The notes beneath the pieces were generated by a model. The model made no database searches, had not been told where the DNA came from, and was given only the letters and a program-made list of their open reading frames with translations. A DNA stretch of 64,000 nt from Spizellomyces punctatus DAOM BR117 (Eukaryota): NCBI GenBank assembly GCA_000182565.2, contig KQ257451.1; one strand, 5' to 3'. Below are positions 25,508-38,200 of this stretch, one piece after another; the first letter of the stretch is position 1; each line of letters starts with the position of its first letter. The position numbers were made by a program, and so were the translations under genes.

Positions 25508-26077
25508 TTAGTAGTAGTCGGTCTTCTTGTCCTTCTTGTAGTCGTTCTTGTAGTATTCGTTGCTGTAGTAGTCGTTCTTGTAGTCGTCATTGTACCCAGC
25601 TTGAGGAGCAGCCGAGTAGTAATTGCCGCGGTGCCTTTCACGGCGTCCGTAGTCGTCCTTTCGGTGGTAATCATCCTTGTGGTAGGAGTCCCTGTGGTAG
25701 TCGTCGTTCCATCCAGCTTGAGGAGCAGCCGAGTAGTAATTGCCGCGGTGCCTTTCACGGCGTCCGTAGTCGTCCTTTCGGTGGTAATCATCCTTGTGGT
25801 AGGAGTCCCTGTGGTAGTCGTCGTTCCATCCAGCTTGAGGAGCAGCCGAGTAGTAATTGCCGCGGTGCCTTTCACGGCGTCCGTAGTCGTCCTTCTTGTA
25901 GTAGTCGTTGTCGTAGTAATCGCTGCCACCACGTGCTGCTAGGGCGACCGGCGCTGCTGGAACGACACTGGCAGTTTCCGAGCGAGCTTCAAGCTGGGTG
26001 ACTTCCTTGTTCTCGACTGGAGCTGCTGAAGCGAGACCGCAGGCCAGGAGAGCGAAAAGACCGTGAGTGAGACGCAT
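25508..26077 (-). CDS. Secreted Tyr/Asp-rich repeat protein (candidate Kex2-processed repeat precursor)
   Basis: Intronless 189-aa ORF with a signal peptide (MRLTHGLFALLACGLASA), a pro-region ending LEAR/LAAR, 39-aa repeats and strong C/G third-position codon bias. Confidence 0.85.
   Translation of the reverse strand: MRLTHGLFALLACGLASAAPVENKEVTQLEARSETASVVPAAPVALAARGGSDYYDNDYYKKDDYGRRERHRGNYYSAAPQAGWNDDYHRDSYHKDDYHRKDDYGRRERHRGNYYSAAPQAGWNDDYHRDSYHKDDYHRKDDYGRRERHRGNYYSAAPQAGYNDDYKNDYYSNEYYKNDYKKDKKTDYY
25596..25894. repeat. Perfect 117-bp tandem repeat (~2.6 copies), coding
   Basis: Copies start at 25596, 25713 and 25830 and are identical by inspection. Confidence 0.95.
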
Positions 26078-27082
26078 GTTGCTTTGTGTGGTATACGAAG
26101 ACTAGAGGGTTGAAAAGATGGATTGAAGAGGACTGCTGAGGAGATACTATTGAAGGTGTGTTGAGTGATGAGAAGAGGAGGTAACGGTTGGTCCTCCTTT
26201 TATGCAAGTTCTCAGTCGTCGGCTGATGCACCCAGGCGTACACATCCCTCCGGTCAGTAACAGGGGCGTAAAACCTCAGCTTTGCGGCAGTACAGACTGG
26301 AGCATGTCGGTTTTGGGCATCTAGGGGCTGCATGGGAATGGCTATGCATTGGGCTTTGTCATGGAAAGCCACCAAGGGCTTGAAAACCGGAAAACTGACA
26401 GGGAGGAACGCGTGGAGCAGTTGCCTTTTGGGCGCAACTTTCTACTCCGCCTTGTATATTGGAGCAGAGCCATAATTAAACCTATGCGGATGGCCAATCG
26501 TTTCTGCAAAGTGTTTCCGCAGCAAGCAAAGTTGGGTGTAGGCTGTTGATGCTCAGCCGAGGGATCAAAAGGAAGGAACACTTGCAACACGCGCGCGTTT
26601 GGTTGCGTAATACACGCAATCCCGCCTGAAAGTTCCTCAGCCATTATTAGTGCGAATGACTGGCTGAAAACGAGGGATTGAAAGATGGACTTTGCAGTTT
26701 GTCCTTGTGCTTTCAAGTGCAGTAAAAGCTATCGCAAAATACTTTGCTTACTGCTCTCTCCAAATGTGTAGTGAGATGAATATGACAAGACATATATTGC
26801 GTACTTATATCATGTCAAAGTGGATTCTAAAATGATCACGTGACATACATCAGCATCACCCGACAAACGCAAATCCAAAGCGAAGGGGTTTCAACCCTTC
26901 AACATGACACCAATGATATGACAAGTGGTTTTCTCACCTCTGGCCCCAAAAGCTTCCAGACAACTCTTCTGCTGATATCGGATATTTTCTTTAGGAGGGA
27001 CGTTCATAACCCTCCTTGAACAAAACCAGGAATGCCAGTGTTCTCAATTCTGAACTGCCTCTTACCCTTCCGTCGATCATCC

Positions 27083-27930
27083 ATGACATCTCCAGTGTAC
27101 ACTGACGGCGACTGGCAGTGTGATATTTGTAGCCTCTACAACAGGGTGCGCTTATTTTTCATTCCCGTGCTTAATTGCATCGGAGGGAGAGTGGTGAACA
27201 AGAATACTAACTGGCCTTTAGCCCACGACCAAGGTATGCGCTGCATGCAACATGTCTCCCGCTGGTCCCGGGATGTGGTCGTGTACAGAATGTAGCTATC
27301 ATAACATGGTAAATAGGCGATCACAGATACTCTTATTGTTTTCAAACTTACCTAGTTATTTCAGAATGAAGTAATTGCTTGTGCCATGTGCTATCAAACA
27401 CGTGTGTCGGCAAAAGACTTGGCCTACACATGGGAATGGGCCCCTAACCCAGAGCAGGTATTTGACAACTAATCTTATGTCCAGTTTACTCATCTCACTT
27501 TGAGTTGTATACTACCAACTAGTGGATTCCTTATGATACTCCTACCGCTGCGGTCATTGAGCAAGCCTTTTTGTCGAGGCTTAAGTCCACGACGCTCAAC
27601 GTTGGGCCGTATTTCATGATGTATCCCAGAACATACACGTTCCACTTTGACTATGAAAGCGGCAACTTTTATCAGCGCAACAGGGCGAGTGGTATGTGTC
27701 GCACAGCAAGGAGGAGAACCGGCGAAGAACAAATGAAAACGATTGATAGTAAACTGGTGGAGAAGGGTGACCGATGCGTCATTTGCCAGGAAAGGTTTGA
27801 CGAGGATGGGGCGAGGGAGATTGTGCAGCTGGTGATGTGCACTGGTCACTACTTTCACAAGGGTTGCATCAGCGGGTACCTCAAAGTGAGAGACACCTGT
27901 CCCGTCTGTTTCAAGAACGTCGAAGCATAA
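27083..27930 (+). CDS. 2x RanBP2/NZF zinc finger + WWE + RING-H2 protein (~216 aa), putative E3 ligase
   Basis: Exons 27083-27145, 27222-27308, 27365-27457 and 27523-27930 give WQCDICSLYN..CAAC, WSCTECSYHN..CAMC, WEWAPNPEQWIPYD..IEQAF and CVICQERF..CTGHYFHKGC..CPVC. Confidence 0.85.
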
Positions 27931-28195
27931 CTACATCCTTTGGTGATATCGTTGCAGAATTGGCACTTGCAATATCTGAGCCTCATAGTACATCCAATTT
28001 GTACGCAATGTATGTATCATAGTAATTAAATATAGCAGAAGTTTCACTAGCATCCAACATCTACATGAAAATAAACGGAGCTGAATTAATGCTGACTAAT
28101 CCGATCACTCAAAGGATGATTCATGCATTTGAACCATTGCCAAACTGTTGAAGAGTAGGCCTTTCTCAAGATCTCACTGGCAGCCACGTTTCAAC

Positions 28196-29887
28196 ATGAC
28201 CACAGGCCTTCCAGCAACGGCCGAGATGCCCTACAAGGACTACGTTCTGGCCTTGTCCTGGGCGGTGTATCTTTGGAGCACATACCTCAAGTAAGGCGCC
28301 GTGTCATTGAACCCTCTACCTGTCTGGTGATGTCTGTATTTACGCTTTTGCTAGTTACCGACAGCACCGGAAGCTACGCGAACCAAAGCTTCCACCGACC
28401 ATGGCAGAAGTCGTGAAAGACGAAGATTTTCAGAAAGCACGATCATATGGCTTGGATAAATCTCGCTTTCAGTTCTTTTCCGATGCGTTTGACCAATTGC
28501 AGTCCACGGCGTTCATTGTTTACGACTTTTTGCCCTACTTTTGGAACTTGGCTGGCGCTGGCTTGGCAAAGTTTGGTTGTGGGGAAGATTATGAGGTAGC
28601 ACCAAAGATGAGGTACATGGCCTGGCGCTTATCTTGAAAGGTTTCTTACATGCTTCCGCTACTCTCAGATCTCCCAATCGATCGGCTTCGTTGTAATAAT
28701 GAGCCTTTTTAGCCTTGTTCTCGGTCTTCCATTTTCCCTATATCGGACCTTTGTTATTGAAGAAAGACATGGATTCAACAAGCAGACGATTGGATTGTTC
28801 TTTTCTGACATGCTCAAGGAGCTAGCTCTTTCTGGCGTGATTGGCATCCCTGCAATTGTCGCCTTTCTGAAAATCATCAACTGGGCGGGTCCATCCTTTT
28901 ACTTTTACGTTTGGGTCTTTGTGTAAGCTGAAGTTTTCATTGATATCTCTCATTAAGTTAAGAATAACATCTCTTGTGTTTCACACAGATTCGTCTTTCA
29001 GATTGTCATGCTCATCATCTTCCCCACTTGGATCCAACCTCTCTTTAACAAATTCACCCCACTAGCTGATGGATCTCTCAAGGAAAAGATTGACGCTTTG
29101 GCAGAGCGAATCAGCTTTCCCCTAAAAAAGATTTTTGTTATTGACGGATCCAAACGGTCGGCGCATTCTAATGCATATTTTTACGGATTCTTTGGGAACA
29201 AGCGTATTGTGCTTTACGATACGCTCCTGGAGCATTCCACTGAGGATGAAGTGTGTGGTGTTCTTGGTACGTGGTTAATAACAAAAAAAGGCCTCAACAA
29301 CACTGCGATCTGATGTCATTTTGTTCTGGAACTCCTCTTCAGCCCATGAACTTGGTCATTGGCAATACAACCATGTCTTGCAAATGTTGGTCATTATTCA
29401 ACTGCATCTGTTCTCCCTGTTCTATATCTTCAGTTCTTTCATCAACCACGTTCCACTGTATCGCTCGTTTGGATTTTCAACCCAACCACCGTTGATAGGG
29501 TTTACGCTTTTCCAGGTAGTTTATCAGCTGTTATGCATCCTTGGCCGGCACGGTGCTCAGTTACATTATCTTTGTAGTATATTATCCTTCCCGCCGAGAT
29601 GGTACTCTCGTTCCTCCAAAATGTCGTATCAAGAAAGAACGAATTCCAAGCGGATGCATTCGCAAAGAAACTTGGATATGCGAAACTCCTCAAAAGTGCA
29701 CTCATCAAGCTGCAAGTGGAAAACAAAGGCAATATGAACCCGGACAAATGGTACAGCGCTTGGCATTACTCGCATCCGCCTCTAGTTGAACGGTAGGTGG
29801 CAAAACATATGGATTTTACCAAGCCTTATCCTTAATCATTAATGTACTCTCATTGCCAGGCTGAATGCGATAGGAAAGACTGAGTAG
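28196..29887 (+). CDS. STE24: CaaX prenyl protease 1 (peptidase M48)
   Basis: [51 protein letters not shown] and [10 protein letters not shown]. Confidence 0.96.
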
Positions 29888-29956
29888 ATTAGAGAATCTT
29901 TTGTCTTTACTTGCTATATAGGGCAATCTTTATACAGTGAGAAAATCACAGTGGGT

Positions 29957-32900
29957 TCACAGTTTGGCCCGTAGTGGGTGTCCGACAGGTAAAGGGCGGT
30001 GGTTACTGTCTGCGCCATCGGTTCCTGTATGCCTGTCTTTCTCCCACAGCTCTTTTCCAGCTCTAATCGTGGTGAGATACCATTGGACGCATCTTTCTCG
30101 ACGAGTGTAGTCAAAGCCACGACTATGACCCACTGCATCAAACAACGCCTTCCAAAGTGGGGATCTGTCGGGGTTTGTCTGTACTCCAATACCGCGTCGT
30201 CTTGATTCAGGCATGGAATGTCCTGTTGTAGTTTCAACTGCATTTGCATCATCTGGCACTTCTTCCGCGGCTAGGAAGGACGGAACATGTCCATCAAGCA
30301 TTAGATTCTCAATCGTGGCAAGTAACGCTTCCAATCCGCTTAGCGCAATTGTGCGCACTTGGTCGAATAATACAATCGCAAGCTGGTCTCGCTGCATGAT
30401 GATGTCGGCCGGTCCGGCGACACTCAGAATTTGCTTCAGACGACTTGACCCGTCGTTCGCAAATGGCTGAGATTCAGACTGGTGTTGTTCGAAGGTGTCA
30501 ATTTGATGTGACAATCGATCGATATGCGTTACCAACCGGGCCAGGCAGTTCCACGCCAAGGCATCACCCTCCTCTTCTTGAAGCGCCGTTTGTGCGTCTG
30601 GTTCCCCCACATTTGACAGTTCAGAGTCCTTGTTTTTTGCGTCCTGTTGCTGCTGCTGCTGCAGGTTCCCGCCATCCTCCCCTGATTCCCCGTGACTTTC
30701 CGAGAGCTCCATCTCCCTCCCGCTTTCCGAAATGTCTCGACCTGTCCTCCTACCCGACGCTTGAGCGCCTTCATCATCGTCTTCTTCGTTCTCGACGTCA
30801 GTAGACAGTATTAATCTTCCTTGATGAGCAGACGAGAAGGCAGACAGTGATTTGATGAGGAATGCAAAACAGCGACGGAGCAGATCAAAGTCGATCGGCT
30901 CAGGAGAGTACTAACGGATAGAGAGATTGGCCACCGCAATAGAAGAGTACATTCTGACGATGAGTGCCTACCTCCAGCAGTAGCTCAGCATACCACGGAG
31001 CAAAACTTCGTACTATATTCCTGAACCTCGACACATGCTCAAATGTGGAGACACAGATTGCATGCGCCATTTCAAACAGATCCTTATCTTCCGTCGTGGG
31101 ATTTTGGTGGATACTGGCTTGTGGTCGGTGAAACCTCAGATATGGGTATACGCGAGGTAGAACGTCATTGGCCACGTAACCCTCCGGAAGGTGCCGCATC
31201 AGTTGGCGGGCTAGAGTAAGATGGAAGAGGAGGCGACATTTGCTGACGGGGTTGGACTCAACTTGACAACATAAATTTCATGTTAGACAGGGGCGGTTAA
31301 CGTTAGGAATCATCACCATTCCCACCATATAGACCACAATAGGCGGGGGTTAATAGTCGCATTGTGTCTTCTATTTTGGTACTCGTCTGGTTTGCTTGCT
31401 TCGCGTCCTGCATCAGGTCTGGAGGCGTCTCTAACCAAGCCACCAGACCTTGGACAGTTTCTTGCCATGCTTTGAAACCGCCCAGACCGAACCGTGCGGT
31501 GACAAAGTGCATGTACGAGAAGGTCTCCAGCACGAGTTGGACTGCTTGTACTGCTGAATGGCTGTATTGGTCAACCGCACTATTTGGATGGTGTTGATGA
31601 TCAAAGAGAGTATCTACAAAACTCTTCGAGATGACTGTTACGACAAAGAGAGCGGTTTTGAAATATTGCCACAAAGAATCGTAAGTGTCCTTATGATCTG
31701 ACACAAAAAGTCAAAACACTGCCCAAAAAATCATTGCAAATAGATGCATGCATACCTTGGCTTGACTGTAGTACTGAGCCATCGACATTGCAAGTCTCCC
31801 ATTCTGTATACAGACGCTGACAGAACTGCCGCATTCTGCAGCAGATGTCAGCTCGAACAAGTCTGTTAACAGTGAAAGACAGGATTGATAACTCACGTCT
31901 CCAAGGTTCGCAATACTGTATCATACTCTCCATTGTTCCATTCAAAGTCAATAAGCACCCCAATGGCTTTGGACATCCTTCCCATTTCAGCGTATATCGG
32001 GTGTTGAGACGCCTTGTTCACCTTTGCTTTCAGCCGTTCCGAAAATAACTTTTGCGGCTCTTTTGCCTGTTGCAAATAAATATGAGACCCACGAAATTTG
32101 TCACGCTGAGCGCATGATACAGTCCCCACCTTGGAAACTTCCAAGGATAACTGTCGAAGAAAGCCTTCCTCAAGAGCGAGCGCTGTATGATGTGTGAAGA
32201 GCACATCCACCACCGTTTCAAGGGCCCCCTAGGAATCGGATCCGCATAAGTGTGAGAATTCGGCATCTTTCCAGTTTTGAGACGGGCACTTACTTGCCAA
32301 TTCCCTTCCAACCTGTCCACGTCCGGCGAGTTCAGATATCCCAACACCTGTGCACACCCATACGCCAACAGTTCCTGACACACTTTGAAGAAGTTTAGTC
32401 GACATGGCAACAACTTGAGTACGATATCCTCTACCTTGCTGTTGCTCGTTCGTAGACGGCTCGTTGACCTGATCCGATGCTGCTATTAAAGCGTCTAAAG
32501 TCCTCTTTTGTACAAATCTGCGAGCGGTTCTCTCCTTAGATACAGATTTCACCGCTCCGTTTCCTTTGTTCAACCTGTCTGAAAATGCACGCCTGGTCAA
32601 AAGCAAAGGGCTTAATGTTCCGCCGCTTCTGGTAACAGTCAGATATGGTCGGAAGTACATACCATATGCCGACTTGAGCCATCAAAGCCACGCCACATTG
32701 TACTGAACATTGAAGTATTGGTCTTATTAGTTGGATGCGGGATCGAACGACTGACATAAAGCATCATACCTTGTTTACCAGCTGCATTGCTAGAGGCAGA
32801 CGTAATGGCATCTGATAACGATGCCAACCATTCCGGAATCTCTACCGACGTTTCCTTCAGACTCCGAATGCGCCACCACGCCCGGCTGCTTTTTGCCTCT

Positions 32901-33243
32901 GTTGATGCATCACTCTCCCAGCGCGCTTGCGTGACGTATTGGTAGAGGTACATGATCTTAATTCCTCCCTCCACAGATAGAAGTTCAGGAGGTGTGTTCC
33001 TGGGAGCTATTTGATGTGCCCATGCGGCAATTAGTGCTTCATTCAGGGCTCCAAATGGAGCAGGTGGAAGGATCTTCATCGGATGCACCAACGCAGTGTA
33101 TAGAGCATCTTGGTTGACAGGACTGGCAGAATTACGAGTGGTGAGGCGAGAAAGAGACGTCTTAACAATCAGGGACTTGTATACCTGAAGGAAGGTAGGT
33201 GTTGAAGGCCCGTACACAATGTCTCAATGGCGGTGAGGTCCAT
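29957..33243 (-). CDS. Helical-repeat protein ending in PTS1 (-AKL); probable peroxin Pex8-like
   Basis: Multi-exon alpha-helical protein with FVTARFGLGGF, FEMAH and CVQWYL segments; C-terminal AKL*. Confidence 0.55.
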
Positions 33244-33328
33244 TTCGGGCGTCAACTTCCCTGACAATCACGTGCTGGACGTTAATAATTGATGCCGCGA
33301 GTTGTATGAACGGTTGATCGTACCGATA

Positions 33329-35088
33329 CTAGCTGCCAATGCAGCAAGACAATAGGGCAGGATGCTCGGGGAGGGATTGGGTTGACTAATGAGTTCCTGT
33401 GCCGTAGTAGCTACGAACTGCAAAATGTCGGTGGGCATGTCCAACGATGCAAATGAATCTACAGAAAATTATCAATACGCTGTCGTACGCGAATCGAAGC
33501 TGCAAGGACATACCCGTTTTCCGGATCCAGAAGGAAAACAAGCGAATGATTGGGGCGAGACTCGGTTGAAAGAGCCCCGCATCCGATGACAAAGCCCGAC
33601 GCCCAAGTACTAGAAGACTTCTCAGAAATTCCGCACTATACCATGAAGCAGGCAATTGTGCAGCATAATGTGCCAAGATTCTGAGATTCTCAAAAGCCTT
33701 GTAGCATCATGAGACACACCACGGTTATCTTGTCGATCTCAATGATAACAGAAAAAATAATCAAACATACGATGAAATCGCTCTGATCTGTGAATTCGAT
33801 GATGGTATAAAAGCTACACGCTAGTACGCCTCCTAGCTGCTGAACATTGGGCGTAGGGATGTTCACTGTCGCTTCTTCATTCGCGGAATCCAAGGGGATA
33901 AAGCCTTGTAGTCGAAGATTGCGGACACGGATTGACTCAAAGACCTCGTTCAAAAGAACGTTACTATATATCATAAGAGAGATTAGTCAAACAATGCTCT
34001 CCTCCAAGGTCCAATGACCGTCAGTTACTCACCTTGAATATCTTTTCCCTCCCACAATCTTTTGAAGGCGTAGGTTCTGCTGATCAAATGATTCCTTCCA
34101 AACATTCGGGCCGAGACGTGAATGCGTCATGATGCCGAGCCGCTACAGTACGGTTTGATGAGTGCAACAAAATCTAATCCGCACTATTTTCGAGGCTACC
34201 TGTTCCCTGATTTTTGCTAACACATCCTCAAATATCCGCTGAGCTCCCGCAGCGTCACAAGGCCCAGTAGCGTAAACAGCCAGGTATAGAAGAACAAGAA
34301 TAAGTCGCTCCAGATTGACTTTGTCTGCCTCTGTCATCACACTATATCCCAATTCTCAAGTAAGCACGTTATGAATCAGCCTCGCGCATTCTTAGACGTA
34401 CGTTGTTTCCAAGATGGGATATTCCCCGTCAAGATATTTGCCGACATTCTCCCAGTTAAACTGTTGAATATCGAGTTTGACGAACAGGTCATGCAACGAT
34501 CGTCCTTGAAAGGGATCAGGCAGATACACCACACCCGGGGATCTTCCATCTGAAATGCTCAATGAATGAGGACTCCTTATGGGGCGCTTGCCCTACAGAA
34601 ACGCACCAGATGAAGGAACTGCGGGGGTTTCTTCCAAATGTCGCAAAATCGTTGCGACCCGCTCTAAACGTTCAAGACGTCCGGCATGTACCAGCTGAAA
34701 GATTGCATTCACCCATGGCGCGGTTCTTGTTCCGACGGCACTAGATCGTTCAGAAATCACAACAGCAAAGTCAGTCGATATGCACCACAAGGAAAGCGAA
34801 ATGAGATGAGCCAACTCTTGGGCAACATACGAACCCGGTGGAAGGAGTTTGAGTGATCCCCAAAGCCTGGAAAATATCTTCTTTCAGGTTGAACTGTGTC
34901 ATCTCGCCCAGCTACATTTCGAACAAGGATCCTTCGATTCGTAGGGCTGGTTGCAAATTTCTGGTCCTTCTGCTTGTTGACTCATCGGGATGGCTGAGCA
35001 GCATGAGTAAGCAATCGAGAGCTAAGCCGCTCATGGCTGTTGGACAGCTCGATCGCTTGCTTTCCCCGTCCATTGGTACTGCTGACAT
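33329..35088 (-). CDS. Hypothetical multi-exon helical protein (~400 aa)
   Basis: Several short exons join in frame through GT-AG introns (LERLILVLLYLAVY, AFENLRILAHY, ending LSCCIGS*). The start is uncertain. Confidence 0.55.
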
Positions 35089-35247
35089 TTTCTGTATTGT
35101 TGCTGATTCCCAAAGCTCGGCGACACCGAAGGAAGGTGCTTTGAGCTGAACATATATCGTCTGGACAGTTCCGCTGTTTGCCGTCTCTGAAACGTCTGGC
35201 AGCGTCTGCCATCTCTGGTGGGCGTTCATACCCGCCAAAATTTCAAG

Positions 35248-38200
35248 ATGCCGGTGTCCCTTCGGGAGGCGGTTAGAAAACGTGAGAGCTTGCAGTACTC
35301 CAAAGTCCAAAACCCGGGTTTGTGCTAAGATTGTTTTTGGCTCTTTTATGTCCAGGCATCCTCGTCGACTCGCTAAAGTCAGTGCAGTCGCCTGGCAAAT
35401 GGAAGGTGTTAGTTGTGGAAGAGAATGCCCTTCGGATTTTGAATAGTGTTTGCGATTTGCATGACTTATCCGACGTGAACGTCCCTGGTGGGTACTGCTT
35501 GGTAATTCTTCCTCCGGGCTTGGTTGAGGTTTAGGAATGAATGTAGATATTTGGTTCCCTTTCGCCAGTGACGGAGCCGTTAACACGGTCACGGACGCCA
35601 TACCCGGATAAGGAGGCCATCTATTTTATCACCCCATCAGTCGACGCAATCAAAGCTCTGATAAATGACTTCCGCGGCCCAAAGCCCATGTATTCAGCTG
35701 CCCACATATTCTGCATATCCGGTAACCCTCAGTTGGCTAGAATTGTGTTCATCAATACCTGCATTTATACCTCAGTTTTCAGGTCTACCTGATCCGTTGT
35801 TTGACATGATCAAAGCCTCTCCAGCCCGAAATTACATCCAAGCCTTGAAAGAGCTAAATATTGACTTCACTCGTATGTACAGTCCTTGCGGCTCGCTTGC
35901 TTGGTATATATGTTTCTCAAACTCCATATAATCAGCTGTGGAGTCACAGGTCTATCACTTCAATGACCCAACCCCGTTCACAAAGCTGCGCAATGTGATG
36001 GATGTCGCCCAATTGGATCGTTGGTTGGAGCAGATTGCCGAGCAGGTCAGTGACACAATGGCGCAAGTACTTGGGTGATCCCCGTCTGTTCGAAGTTTAG
36101 CGTACACAATTACATCTGCAGATGAAGTCAGTGTTATGGACCCTTGAAGACTGTCCTACAATTCGATATTTCGATCCTTCCGGGAAAAGTGATTCGCTAT
36201 CTGCGCATATGGCATTCAAGTTGCAGAAGGCTATTGATCAATTAAAAGACCTTGATCCCGAATGGCCGCCTACAACACCCTATGCTCCAGCACAGATCCT
36301 CGTTTTGGATCGAAGTGTGGACCCGTTTGCCCCTTTAATACACACATTGACGTACCAAGCTGCTGCCCATGATATCCTCCAAATAGATGGAACTAAAGTG
36401 ACGTAAGTCTTTTAAGGAGACGTCTGTCTATCTTACTTGGTTCTCGACTAGACGCTTTGACCGTTCGTGATTTTAGTTATAGTAAAGACGATACCACGAC
36501 GCAGACAGCTGTGCTGGACGAGTCCGATGGCCTCTATGTACGCATAGAGTGCACTATCTTATGCAAGCTGGCAACTGATTGACTTATAATTTCTTGCTCT
36601 TAGAAAAACATTCGGCATCATTTCATTGCAGACGCTTGGAAAAAAATCCTTGAGACTAAGAACAAGCTAGATGCCGAGAGTTCCGCGATAGAGTCATCTG
36701 AAAATGCCTTGAAGCGCATTGAACAGTTGAAGATCAAGCTGTTTTCCCTTCCAGATGCCCAAAAAACATTGGAAAAGGTGGTTATGCAGCCGTCGTTTAC
36801 TGATTTTTCGATCTGTGCAATAACACATTATGTAGGTTGCTCTTCATATACATCTCTACGCAGAAATAATGCAGGCAGTGAATGACCGCCAACTGGACGA
36901 AGTGGCTAGCATTGAACAGGTCCAAACACCTCGCAATCTCACAATGATGGTGACTTAGTAACGCTAATTGGCATACAACTCACGTTTTCAGATCATAGTC
37001 ACTGGCGAAACCCCTAACGGCGATGGTATTACAGAAACGCTGATCAATGACGTCCTCGCAATTTTGGAGAGTCCGAATGTTTCGTATGTCCGCTTTTCCA
37101 ATGTTCTTCGTACTGTTTGATTGCTCATTGATGATCCGCAGCCTACAGGATAAATTACGTCTCATTCTTACCTACGCCCTTGGAGTCTCCAATGTTGACT
37201 GTGACCGCTTAATCGAAGCGGCGCAGTTGGGTCGAGAGGCTGCGGCCCTGAATGGATTAGATTTCCTGGGGAGAACACCAGCTTTGATTGAAGCAAATAG
37301 TCCTCAGGTAAATTGACTATCGATCTGCATTCGGAAAGGCCCTTTTATTCATGTTGCAACATTCTTGGCAGTGGCGATATACAGATCTTGGGCGTAAAGC
37401 GGAAGCAAGACGCCAGAAGAAAAAGAATCAGGATACTGATGAACAGCCCTTTGACATCCACCGATACGTACCTGCTTTAAAATATATCTTACAGGTTGGT
37501 ATTTTATGTCCATGACTCTCTGCGTAATACATCAGATTTATTGATAATGTCAAGTAGGATATGATTACAGGAAAGCTCGACTCCGCCATTTTTCCACCGA
37601 CTGTTGTGCAACCAAGCATAGAAATAAATGGCACTTCTGAGTCGAGTAAATCCGCACATCAGACTCCGGGCAGAGGCACCTTGGTTGCCTTCACTGGAGA
37701 CTTCAAGCCTACAGTAAGTATTGGCACTACACGACACTTTTTCTGGACGACGTTTCTGTTACCGTTTTTTCAATGATACCTTTCACATTTATAGTGGGGG
37801 AAAAGAAAGCCGGCTACCGGAGCACAGACAAATGTGGATCTTCGAACGAATGGCAGTCGCATTATCGTGCTATTTGTGGACGGCCTATCTTTTGCCGAAG
37901 TGCGGGTGGCATATGAAGTCACAAGCGAGTTGCAGCGAGAAGTGATCATTGGTACGTATTAGCTACACGTATACTCTATTGAGGACTGATAATCGAGTGC
38001 TGAACACTATCATACCCATAGGCTCAACAAATTTAGTCACTCCAACCGAATTCATAGGGGGCCTCTGTGATCTCGGAGCCACTGGGAGGAAACCATTTGT
38101 TCTGCCCCCAGTTAAACTCCCCAGCAGGGAACCCATATCTGTTCCCCGGGATCGGCCATTACCACAACCGCCGCAGGAATTGCAGATACCCGCAATGTCG

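Noticed and set aside
25596-25894. Possible CRISPR-like array
   Set aside because: Head-to-tail 117-bp coding repeat with no unique spacers, in a eukaryotic context.
25309-26001. Long alternative-frame ORFs over the Tyr-rich gene (poly-Val, poly-Thr and Ser/Cys/Arg frames)
   Set aside because: By-products of repetitive, codon-biased sequence; only the 25508-26077 minus frame has a signal peptide and coherent composition.
20858-29887. RiPP/secondary-metabolite cluster (reductase, hydrolase, repeat precursor, STE24)
   Set aside because: The neighbours have ordinary housekeeping explanations. No DUF3328, tyrosinase, P450 or transporter is present, and the precursor has no CaaX box for Ste24.
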